From: Pelomyxa schiedti
Taxonomy: Eukaryota > Protista > Evosea
Length of the DNA stretch: 64,000 nucleotides
Direction of reading: 5' to 3'
Assembly: GCA_020536535.1 (NCBI GenBank)
Contig: JAHLWZ010000865.1
Location: 4,127 to 68,126 of the forward strand
The notes beneath the pieces are model-generated. The model was given only the letters and a program-made list of their open reading frames with translations, was not told where the DNA came from and made no database searches. Within the stretch, counting starts at the first letter, position 1. Each line of letters begins with the position of its first letter. This document shows positions 1-10,203 of this stretch, in pieces. The position numbers were made by a program, and so were the translations under genes.

Positions 1-828
1 CTCAAGTGATTGGCTTTACAGAGAGTGACACAATGCACTTCTTTACACAGACAATAGACACTACACTGTGAGTCCGCAATATAACGGGTTTTTTGGGACT
101 CACCAATTTCTTGCTGACAGATTTGTTGGAGAATTGGAGTCATACCACACATACCGTGGACTTCGCGGGGAAAAATCATCACTTGGGTGCTCGTTACTAT
201 CATGGTTTCCTCTTAGTGATCAGAAAGCTGAGGTTATGCCGTATTCAAACAAGAAGAATCTTGTTAGACCGTTTATTTCAAGTGTGCTTACAATCGGCTT
301 ATCCCGTATCCTCTTAGTCGCCTGAATCCTTTCCACCTTTAATTCTGGGCTGTTCCTTTAACTAGCCTAAGACGTTGTTGTTCAGGCTGTGACTGTGGAA
401 TGGTCAGGCACCAGTGAGGAAGACAGTATGGACCAAATACTGTACATAATTGACAGGGTCAATGAAGTTTCATCACCAATTGTTCTTTTGGGCACATTTA
501 ATGCGGAGCCAGCAAGTCAACAAATTCAAACTCTACTAGCTGGAACAGGGCTCTCTCTTGCAAATGATTTATGCAGTAAGTAGACAGTTACTTTGGCTTT
601 CTCCCTAAAAAACTTCAATAAAAGGTTCTGAAGGTGTCTATGAGCCTACTTGTTCAGATGGTCGGTGCATAGACTTGATTTTTTACAGAAATCTAACAAT
701 CAGTGTGTATCAGCCTTCATAAACTCTGCCCGCTATTTATCATCACTACAGTGGACTGTGATGTCAACCCCTACTGCGACGATACCGACCACTACCCCGT
801 CAAGGCTACCTTTGTCACCCCAATGTAA
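1..828 (+). CDS. 3' part of an endonuclease/exonuclease/phosphatase (EEP) domain protein, Cwh43/PGAP2IP C-terminal-like; 5' end outside window
   Basis: Spliced translation QVIGFTESDT...GCSLLSWFP...SEEDSMDQ...PIVLLGTFN...CIDLIFYRNL...TDHYPVKATF, stop TAA 826-828. Motif order matches EEP domains of the Cwh43 type. Confidence 0.7.
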
Positions 829-928
829 AAATTCGAGAGGACTTGACCCACCAAGTGAGAGCATCACTTTTTCTTCTAATAACATTTCGCGAAATGAAAC
901 ATTCTTTCACAAAACAAGTAAAAGTGGA

Positions 929-1900
929 ATGAATGACCAAACGAAATCGTGGCGTGTGCTCGCTCCGTTGTGTGTCCTTGTCGGGTTCCTAGTAGCTATG
1001 GTTGTGGCGGAGAAAGCCAGTTTTACTGCGGACGAGTGCAGCGCCAAATACAAGAAAGGCGGGCACACTTACAACTACACATTTGTGTGTTACTGTCTTT
1101 TTTGTTTCATTTTCTCCCCAACTCTGGTTTATGTTATCAAGTTTAACTTGACCCTAGTGGGATTACGAGGGGACTGAAGTGTTGTACGTGTTCGAGAAAT
1201 CTGGGGCGTGGTACACGGCCATGTATTCTGTCTGCGGGGGTGTCTCTGTTGTGGAGGGTAATGTAACACTAGAGGCACAGGACCAGTACTTTGATAGAAC
1301 AGACTGGCTGGGGTTTTGGTTTGGCTTTCCTGACGACCTGCAATCCGTTGTGGACATGGAGACTGATGGTGGAGGACTATTCTTCTTTTTGCTTTACATT
1401 ATTTTCACTCCTTTGTTCTTCATATTAATTAAACTGTATCTCACTTCTAAAGAGGATTTAAGTACTCTTTCATCCTTCACTGCACCATACGAAGGGGGTG
1501 ACAGCGGCTACCCCTGTCACGAAACCCCGCGGTCTGCTACCGTAACACTCTTGTGCAACCAACTGTGTCCTGAGGCCGTGGGTGCTGCATGTCAAATAGG
1601 TACAAGTGCTGGTTGTGTCTGCAGTGTTGATTGGCACGAGTCTTGCGCGTATGCTTACTTGTCTTTGATACCGTACTTTATCTAATGCACCTCAGAATTA
1701 GCATGACAGTTGCTTTTGACTGCCCAGCCCCAATTGAAGGAGAAACTACCAATGAGGAAGCCGGAAAAATCGCTGGAATAGTGATACTAAGGTTGCTGTT
1801 GCCAATTCCCACTTTTTTTTCACACCAAACCAGTGTTATTCTTGTAGCTATTCTCACCCTCATACTGTTTGTTCCCATTGGAAAATTATTGGTAAAGTAA
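929..1900 (+). CDS. Type I membrane protein with mannose-6-phosphate receptor homology (MRH)-like domain
   Basis: N-terminal signal peptide (VLAPLCVLVGFLVAMVVA); Cys-rich YEGGDSGYPC..PRSATVTLLC..ESC pattern; C-terminal TM segment; stop 1898-1900. Confidence 0.55.
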
Positions 1901-1944
1901 CCAACTATTGTAAAAAGAATTGAAACCAATGGAAAATCGTTTCT

Positions 1945-3646
1945 CTAAAAGTAGTACAACGAAAGGATGAAGAGGGTGAAGACCAAAGCAAAGAGCGGTT
2001 TGACAAGCACAGAGTCGCTGCTGGATGATGGGGTAGTTGGGTTGTTTGATGATGTGTCCACATGAGAACTCTGGGCAAGATAGGCAGTGTTGGCAGCTTG
2101 TACGACAGCATAGGCATCAAAGACTGATGAGAATGCGGTGCTGTTTTGCATTGGGGTGTTCCTCCGGCCAACGTTGGAGTACCATACATTCAAGATGTAG
2201 GAAACCCCAGGATAAAGCGTGTCAAGGTCATCAATGTCACCAACGGCATCCCACATGGCGGGACCGGGTGCTATTGCCAAAGCACGTTGAGTCGTTTTAC
2301 CATCAACAACTGTTGTCATTAGACCAACTAGCTTAGCACTAACAAGCTGAGCTCTCATCATTTGCTTTCCTGGGTTTTTGAGTGAGCCTTAGATCGTTTG
2401 GTTGTAAGGTACCTATTGTTACAACTTCCATAGCTTCGCCATTGAGAAGAGTCCTAGGAATAATGCCAACGTTGCCAGGGTATCCAATCCAATCGATATT
2501 GACGGGAGTAGTGTCAGAGACTGTTCTGTAAATTCGGCCGTCATCGAGGGACACTTCCCATTTCTCAATATCACCACTGGGGCTTGTCACAACTTGATAG
2601 ACGCTGTAATAGCCAGCAGCAGAGTGATCATAGTAATCGTAATCGCGGTAAAAATCTTCGGTTGGATTGTCAGTGTTGGTTACTACTATCCCATCTGTAG
2701 TGTATCCGTCGGCAAGATACTCCAGGATCGTTGGGCAAGTCTCGGTCACTACAGGTAATGTATGGTCTTCTCCCGTGTAATTGAGGTACGTTACGCCTCC
2801 TATAAGGTAGTTCCAGCCAGTAGTACTGTCATCAGTTCCATAAAATGCCGGGGAACTTCCTATCCCTACGAAATTCAGTTAATTGGCAGTGCTATTCCAT
2901 TGGAAATCCATACCTTTGTAGTTGGAGAAAAACGTTGATAAAATGGCTATAGTGCCAGGAAATTGCTCATCGATAATAGCCAATTCATTATAACTGTACA
3001 TCCCACTGCTGGCGGGTACGGAGATAATGCGGTTGTCAATGGCACCACCGTCAGTAAGAATGAGCACACCAACAACTTTACTTATGGGCATTTCTGCCCT
3101 GAAATAGCGATCACCAATCAAAAATATTTCAGCAGCACCGTCATCAGAGCCCTCTTTTCACCAAATATCAGAAACGCAGAGAGAGTGAAACAGCATATCC
3201 GTACTTTCAATAGACCGTGGAACGATCCCAAAGGTGCCAGGATACTGTATGTAGTCTACAGTACGTGGCTTACCATCCTTCCACAACCACGTCATTATTC
3301 CGGTTGTCTGGTCAGTTGCCCACTTATCATTGGTACCTGTGAGGAAAAAAAAAAAACGTGAGGAAACCATTAACAGGAAGATAAACACACCAGAAGGGAT
3401 TTCAGTGATCATCCTGGTCAATTTATTGGCATCGTCCACAATCGGTGGATACCACAAGAACAAGTTCTGGTCGGGTTCCGGCGTAAAAATAAAAGTCATC
3501 GGTACGCCGTCGGTGTCGTTTATTGCGTAACCCGCTGGAGCCAAGTACGTCTCCCTCGACTCGCAGTCCGTGAGTATCACTCCATTAATGCAACAAACAG
3601 AGGACAAAGCAAGCGCCGCAACCACGACGAGATCTAGACAACGCAT
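1945..3646 (-). CDS. Secreted/GPI-type protein with two tandem family I inorganic pyrophosphatase-like domains (degenerate active sites)
   Basis: Signal peptide; domain 1 TEIPSGTNDKW..DGKPRTVDYIQYPGTFGIVPRS..FFSNYKG; domain 2 SPSGDIEKWEV..GYPGNVGIIPRT..WYSNVG; Ser-rich linker and hydrophobic C-terminus; GT-AG introns join the exons. Confidence 0.75.
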
Positions 3647-3782
3647 GACTTTTTTTGTTTAAAAATTGTCCCGAGGTTAAAGCTTAATTTGATGGATCAA
3701 ACGGTGAAAAACTGTTACTTTTTACGGGTCGTTTACGGTCATTTGAAGTTTGTGATGAACATACGGTAAATTTAACGCAGCC

Positions 3783-4956
3783 CTAGGATCTTTTGGTGTT
3801 CTTTAATATCTCCTCACGCTCTCTTTCGTAGACACGCAGTTCTGTTGTATGCAGAAAGTTGGTTTTGTCAATGTACCTGTGGGGGGTGGTCATTTGAGTG
3901 ATTGGACAAATGAAGCAAAGTACCCTGAGCCGGATTTTCTTCTTTGTGCAAGCTGATCAGATATTCCTTGCTTCTTTTGGTATTGCTCCCAGTCGAGTTT
4001 GGATTTTTGAAGGGTGGACATTTGCTTTTTCTGAGGCTTCAATATACTCTGAAGACCAGAGTTCCCTCTTGGAAGATATGTGTTAGGCACATTTCTTGGG
4101 AAGGATTAGGGTACCTTTTTTGTGGGAGAAGCTTGGGTTCTGCCTGGTGGAGGGTGGAACGGGTGGTAGATAATGTTGTAGAAGATTTTGTGGTTGAAGA
4201 AGGTTTAGTAGAGGTCGGAATTGTCTTTGTGACTCTCACTTCTTCCCCCGCATATTCGTACACTTCTGTTATGGTTACGGGAGTTGAAGACGGATTTGGA
4301 TTTGGTGAAGGTTTGGGTGTAGAATCTTTTGGAATAGGTTTTTCCGAAGAAGGTGTGGGGGATGAGGTCGGTTCAGTATGCGTTTGAGGTGAGTTGAGTA
4401 ATGCAGTTACTGGAACAGTTGGGTTAGGTGGTGAAGTTGGTGTATTAACAGAAGCGGGTGTCTTCTCTGGGGTGTCGGATTTGATGGTAGTAATTGTTGT
4501 ACTCGAAGTGTCTGTAGTTTTTACTGAATCAGTTGTATCTCTCTGGGGCACAGGGCGAGACTGCACAGAATGTTGTTCTGGTGGTGTTTGGGAAATGGGT
4601 TTGTTGGGCTATGTTGCAGTTAAAATTCAAAAAAAAGAAAAGAAAACTAAAAAATTAAAAAACCTTTGCCCCTTGCATTTCCTTCCACATAGCAGTTACT
4701 CTTTTTCTTGTTTCTGTTCAAAATTGTAACCCAAAACACCATAAAGTAGTAAGTAGTACCTTCACTGGTCTTGGTTGTTGATCGAACCTCATCTCTAGCG
4801 ACAACAAGTCCTTCACATTTAAAACGAACATACAAAAACCACCAATAAATTGCACACTCACCTCCCCTTGTCGCTCCCACTTTCGCCACTTTCCTCCTCG
4901 CTATCGTCGTCGCTCTGAGGCTCGAACTCCTCGTCGTCTTCTTCACTGTCGCTCAT
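3783..4956 (-). CDS. BCNT/CFDP1 family protein (SWR1 complex subunit Swc5-like)
   Basis: Acidic N-terminus MSDSEEDDEEFEP; ITEVYEYAGEEVRVTK; BCNT-C domain MSTLQKSKLDWEQY..ISDQLAQ..GYIDKTNFLHTTELRVYERERE. Confidence 0.88.
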
Positions 4957-5037
4957 GCCCCCGATAATAATGGATAGCTTTTGAAAAGAAACAATCAAGC
5001 AGCTACAGGAAAGCGTTTCCTAATCTATTTATTGGGT

Positions 5038-6413
5038 TTACTCTTTTGCCTTTTTAACGGGCAGAGAGAAGCTGCCGGTGTAGGAGGTGTGCTTGACTTT
5101 CTTGTGTTTGCCGGCTTTGTCTGTGGTAGTTTTGCCGGGTTTAGCAGTTGGGGCCTTGGCCTTATCCTTGGACTTTACTACTGGAGTCTTACCAACAGCA
5201 GCGGCAACAGAGGCAGCCTTTTGCTTCTCGAGCCTGTACCTTTCCTCCTGTTCCTCCAGGATAGACTTCCGCACACCCTAGTTAAAGAGATTAGAAGAGA
5301 GATTGGGTTCAGAAACTAAGCATGCCTTGCCGCGAGGGAGGGTAATGAGACTCTTGCTTCCCTTTCCAATGCAGAACACGTTTCCTATTCGGGTGGAGAA
5401 CTCATGGCCAACGGCGTCCTTCAGGTGGATAATTTCAAAACTACCTGGATGACGCTCGCGTCGCATGATCAACCCCACACGCCCAAGGTTGTGCCCGCCA
5501 GTAACCATAGCCAGGTTACCTATTTTATGGGATGGCATTCAGTATTTATTTTTAACACTTTCTTTTTGGGGGGAGTACCTATTTCAAACTTGACGAACTC
5601 AAGAAGCTCATGAGTCTCAATGTTGTACTTGACTGTGTCATTGGCATGAATTTCGGGGTGTGGGTAGCGGAAAGTCCTGCCATCATGTGTAGAGATATAA
5701 GGAACACCACCTTTCCCTGTGAAACGCTCCCTGACACGAACAAGTTTGTACTGAGGTAAATGTGAGGGAAACAAGTATGCGGACCTAACAAACCTTTGCC
5801 TCTGCATCACTGATCCTGTGAATCACAAAGCGGCCCTTGGTGTCATAAAGGAGACGGAAGTGCTCATGAACACGGTCAATGGAAATAACATCTAACATAA
5901 CTTATGATACAAACGCAAAGTTACATCCTTACCCATGAAACCAGCAGGGAAGCACATATCAGTGCGAACTTTGCCGTCAACTTTTATAAGTTTTTGCATA
6001 ACAATTGCCAGCACCTCCCTCCTTGTCAACGCATATTTCAGGCGATTCCTGAGCATGATGATCAAAGGAAGGCATTCACGGAGCTTGTGTGGGCCACTTG
6101 ATGGGCGTGGTGCCTAAGGAAGTGAGCACAAATAATAGTAATAAAAGTTTCACAAGAAAGGCATTGCACACCACCAACAAAAAGCCATTTTGTGGAAGAT
6201 AAGAATACCCAAACACCACCAAGCTTATCCAGCATCCAATGTCTTGGCGCATTGATGCGCTTCAAGTGCTTTTTGGGGCCACGTGCCTGAAAACGTGTGG
6301 CTCGTTAGGGTGAAAGGAAACAGCACAAAACAGTTGGTAGTTTCAAGTGCGATACGACGTTTTGGTTGATTTCACGTGAAATCTGCGCCACAAGTGTGAG
6401 GTGTAGGCACCAT
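5038..6413 (-). CDS. RPS4: 40S ribosomal protein S4 (eS4) with Lys/Ala-rich C-terminal extension; 6 introns, first coding exon is ATG only
   Basis: M|[26 protein letters not shown]|[14 protein letters not shown]...[10 protein letters not shown]...[12 protein letters not shown]...LPRGK|GVRKSILEE; every junction checked in frame. Confidence 0.97.
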
Positions 6414-6690
6414 TATCGGTGGTTTTGGATCTCAGAGCCTGGACAGAACAACGATGGAGAGTGGCGGTACGAAACGATAAAGATCGGATAGAGAAAAGAA
6501 AAGAAATAGACTGACGGGAACCGGGACAACTGCCATACAATCAAACAGTTGCAGAATTTGTTTTCTTTTTATTGGAAAGAAAGATAGAACAGCACTTGAC
6601 AAGTCTAGATCCCTGCCGGATGCTTCTGTCGAAATAAGTGCCATCACAAAACCAAAGAAATCTCGTAGCTAAACAACCAGGAGCCCGGAG

Positions 6691-7077
6691 ATGCAACGGA
6701 TCCGTGACCCCAAGAAGCTCGTCAACGGCGCACTCGATGCGATCTGTGTTGGCTCAAAATGTGCGTTGTCCGCTTTTTCTAGTGACAAACAAATACCGTG
6801 ACACCTTCGTAACGCACACACAGGCGCCCTGTGTTGCACTCTTTTCTCTCTGTGGGGTGTTGGCATGCTCGTCGTCTTAGCAGCCAAATTGGACTACCGC
6901 GGTGTCTCACTCAACGAAATTGACGAATCCGACATGGCTGGCGCACGCAAGGCGATGTACATCGCGGCTGGTTGCTATGGACTATTTGTAGTTGGCTGTG
7001 GATTAAGGTTTGCCTATCTGCTGCTCGTCAAGCCACGCCTGCACAACCCAAACACCCAGTTGACGGCTTCATTGTGA
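6691..7077 (+). CDS. RNASEK: V-ATPase subunit f / RNase kappa family small two-TM protein
   Basis: Spliced MQRIRDPKK...CALCCTLFSLWGVGMLVVLA...AMYIAAGCYGLFVVGC matches the CC..S.WG..ML and IAA..Y signature of RNASEK. Confidence 0.72.
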
Positions 7078-7221
7078 GGGAGCCTTTTTTCTTTTGGATT
7101 CCTCACTACTGTACACTGCCTCCTTTCCTTTCTACCTTTGTTTTGTATGAGAGGGTGAAAGCCTTTTATGCAATGCCAAATACCCTCAGTATCATAGCTG
7201 GGGTTTTTGACTTTTTTTTTC

Positions 7222-8510
7222 CCCCTTTTACATCAATGATAGGTAGTAAATAGGAGCTGTTATGTGTGAAGTGAGGGTTGTTGAACAGTCCTTCATGTTC
7301 ACCACCGTGAAGAAGTAATCAGACATATACTGTGCAGATATGAAAGCCTCTGTGCTATCATCACTGAGTACAAGTCCTCCTTCCTCTGTGGGAGTTGTAA
7401 GGCTTTCTGTTTTCGTGTTAGTCAGTGAAAGTACCTGTTATTCCGCCTTGTGTTGGGCACAGGTCAATTGGTTCTCCTAGAAATAGGACTGAGTTGTAGT
7501 TTAGGCAGGGTAATTTCACTGACCTGTGGTCATATCAATGTATGCTATCTGTGAGCCAGTAGCCGCTAGTAACCTCCCATTGGTGTTATCATAGGCTAGG
7601 CACGTCTCATCTGTTGCAGATGGAACCTGTGGGGTTTTTAGTATTGCTACTGGAGGATTGGAGGAGAAACTTCGTGTTCAATTTCATCCTTGTTGAGGCT
7701 AACAAATACATAGCTGTCAGTATACGATGTTCCGTTTTTCATATCGTATATGTGGATGTACTAGATACCGTTACAGGTGAAAAACGTAGTTGGATTGCAT
7801 GCCTCACGGTCCACTTGATTCCATCTATTCCCAGGTGAGAGAAGGGATATTGAACAGGTATCTTACGCTACTGCGGAGACAAAGTAGCCAACAACTTGTG
7901 GCACGGATGCCTCACAGTCACAAGTTCCGGCATCTTCATTCACTTTGCAAATGCAGGCCCCACCATAAACAGGATTCATATAAGTAGCATACCTTTTTAA
8001 AAAGGTCATGTTAGTCAGACATGCTAACATGAGTGTTTCTACAAGGAGTCAGAAAAGCTATCAAATACGAGCCCCTCCAGATCCGAAACAGCTATTGAGG
8101 TTACTCTGGTCACTTCTCCAGATGTGAGATTATATGATGTTATTCGCATTTTCCCTGATCCCGATGATACAAGCTTATACTCCTTTTGTGTTTTGGTTGT
8201 TTTGTTGAGTTTGCAAAGTATCAAGAAACCCAGAACGAACTTGTGTGTTCCTATCCACAGTTCCGCCCAAGGGTATAACACCAGGCAGTGTGGCCAGAAT
8301 AGTTTGGGCGCCAGTGGCGCCGTCCATTACGACAATGTTAGCTGCATAACTGCAAGCGAGGTTAGTGACAGTGATTGTTAGTGAGTACCTCACTTACTCG
8401 GGAGAAACAGGGAAAGTAACACCAGCAAGCAATTTACTCTCAATAAATGACAATAGCATCCCAACAATAAACAGCCGACGCAACAGTACACATGACACGT
8501 TGAAGGTCAT
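7222..8510 (-). CDS. Uncharacterised secreted beta-rich (possibly beta-propeller) protein; 3' end approximate
   Basis: Signal-peptide-like MTFNVSCVLLRRLFIVGMLLSFIES; repeated blade-like strands (IVVMDGATG, ITSYNLTSGEV, LVFDS); GT-AG introns. Confidence 0.4.
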
Positions 8511-8975
8511 TTCTTGGGTTTTTCGAAAATGCATTTGCAGATTTCCCATTTCCTTACCAAGAGAGGCGATTCTCAGTATCTGATCCTCCCTCCTAGGCGT
8601 AGAAGATCGCCCGAGTTGTGTTTTTTTCTTTTTACCAAACAAACAACTAGTTCGGCAGAGAAGACACTCGCACATTGCGATGGCCGGGGTGCGCTATCAG
8701 CGAGGGAACAAGTTGGTTCTCTCCCCTTGCTGTCACTCCCCCATGCTGGTGGGAAAAGAAAACATTGGGACTCACACTTTTAATTTTTTTGGGTCTTTGG
8801 ATCTTGCCATGTGATGCTCCTCAGACGCTGGAAAGACCACGAAACGGTAGAACGTGTCTGGTCCCGATGTGGTCCAGACATTTCAGAATTTTCCCTTCAC
8901 AGGGTACAGAGAACCAGGACCTTTTCTGCCCCGTTGATGCCAAAAAGTGTGAGTCCCAAACATGTTTTCTTCCTT

Positions 8976-10175
8976 TCACAGAATGCGTTTGAGCACATGA
9001 GAGAACCCAGCACGCTCTGCAATAAGGTCAAGAAAGACACAAGGCAGTCCATTTGCCATGTGCGGGAAACCACAAGCCTGCAAAAACAGACTGACATTTC
9101 CATAAGAAGGGGATAAGCTGTGTGTAGATACATAACTTCTTCCACCACCACTTTGAAAGGTGCAACTGTCAGGACCATTGGGTGTGCTCCACGCACTCCA
9201 TTCAAAACCTCTGATCTTGATGGCCAAACTCAACCAAGGTGGTGAGGGTAAACTTGGTTCACGGTGCCGATCGCAGTGTGCTGCCGACAAGGCAACAGTT
9301 GGTGGTGCTGGTGGCAGTGGTGCACTGGAATCGGTGGTACAGAATCCAACTTCAAATGTCCCGGAAAGGCAGTCCCTGGACTCAAGCTTGCTGGCACAGT
9401 AAACAAACACCCTTTGTTTATTCCTGGGGTGCTCGGCGTTATTTGGAGTGTAGAACCAGATGGCACCTGCAGAGGTTTGTACGCTATTCTCTTTGTTGGG
9501 GTAGTGAACTTTCTCTGTGAATGACACAAGCCTCACACAATCAACGTATCTGCCATACAATTCAGCAGCCAACTGGGCCCCTGCTGTAACCAAACAAGGG
9601 GTATCGTGTTGTGGAGCTTTCGCCACCTCCATTTCCCATATCTTCTGCTTCATCCGTGCCTTCATGAAACTGTGTGCAACCTTTAGCTCAGTCACGGCAC
9701 GTTCCAGCGCTCCGCCTACGGCGCTTTCCTCGCCCTCGTTCATTAATACCACCGCCTCTCCTCCCATTCTGGTTATTGCACTGCTACTTGACCCACCCGG
9801 AAGAGGGATCGAGGGTAATGGCCTCAGTGCAACCCTCACGCGCATCAGCACGCTGATTCTTTCGCATGCTCGCATACAGGCTCGTGAGCACTGAGCGAAA
9901 TTGCAAAGGCTCTGTGGTCGGATGCGCTCTATTGTCCGACTCCATCTTGGACTGGGAACACCATCACCAGGTGGGGAAAGGGGAAGGTGAGGGGGGAAGC
10001 ATAGCATCTGAGCTATTATTTCAAGCACGTTCTGGGGAAGCACTACGTCCAGGGAGTATTTGAGCCCAACAAGTTCTGTTTCTGACTGCCTGGTGACAGT
10101 GCGCGTTGCAACTCGTATTCGTTTTTCAAGGCGAATAGCCGGTTCAACTGCATCATCGTTATCACCCTTCATCAT
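8976..10175 (-). CDS. Uncharacterised protein with an F-box-like N-terminal motif; may extend by splicing to about 8780
   Basis: 418-codon ORF; first Met at 10175; LPQNVLEIIAQML...LCNFAQCSRACMRAC resembles a split F-box. Confidence 0.5.
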   Translation of the reverse strand: MMKGDNDDAVEPAIRLEKRIRVATRTVTRQSETELVGLKYSLDVVLPQNVLEIIAQMLCFPPHLPLSPPGDGVPSPRWSRTIERIRPQSLCNFAQCSRACMRACERISVLMRVRVALRPLPSIPLPGGSSSSAITRMGGEAVVLMNEGEESAVGGALERAVTELKVAHSFMKARMKQKIWEMEVAKAPQHDTPCLVTAGAQLAAELYGRYVDCVRLVSFTEKVHYPNKENSVQTSAGAIWFYTPNNAEHPRNKQRVFVYCASKLESRDCLSGTFEVGFCTTDSSAPLPPAPPTVALSAAHCDRHREPSLPSPPWLSLAIKIRGFEWSAWSTPNGPDSCTFQSGGGRSYVSTHSLSPSYGNVSLFLQACGFPHMANGLPCVFLDLIAERAGFSHVLKRIL

Positions 10176-10203
10176 TTTTCTTCTTTCGCACAAACGAAAG
10201 TGG

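Noticed and set aside
306-371. Possible U12-type intron (GTATCCTC donor, TTCCTTTAAC branch-like site 9 nt before AG)
   Set aside because: Alternative in-frame junctions exist (GC donor at 297; GT at 317 with AG at 385), and GTATCC donors occur elsewhere without a U12 branch site. Cannot be called without reads.
6114-6410. snoRNAs in the longer RPS4 introns
   Set aside because: No convincing C/D or H/ACA boxes with terminal stems seen.
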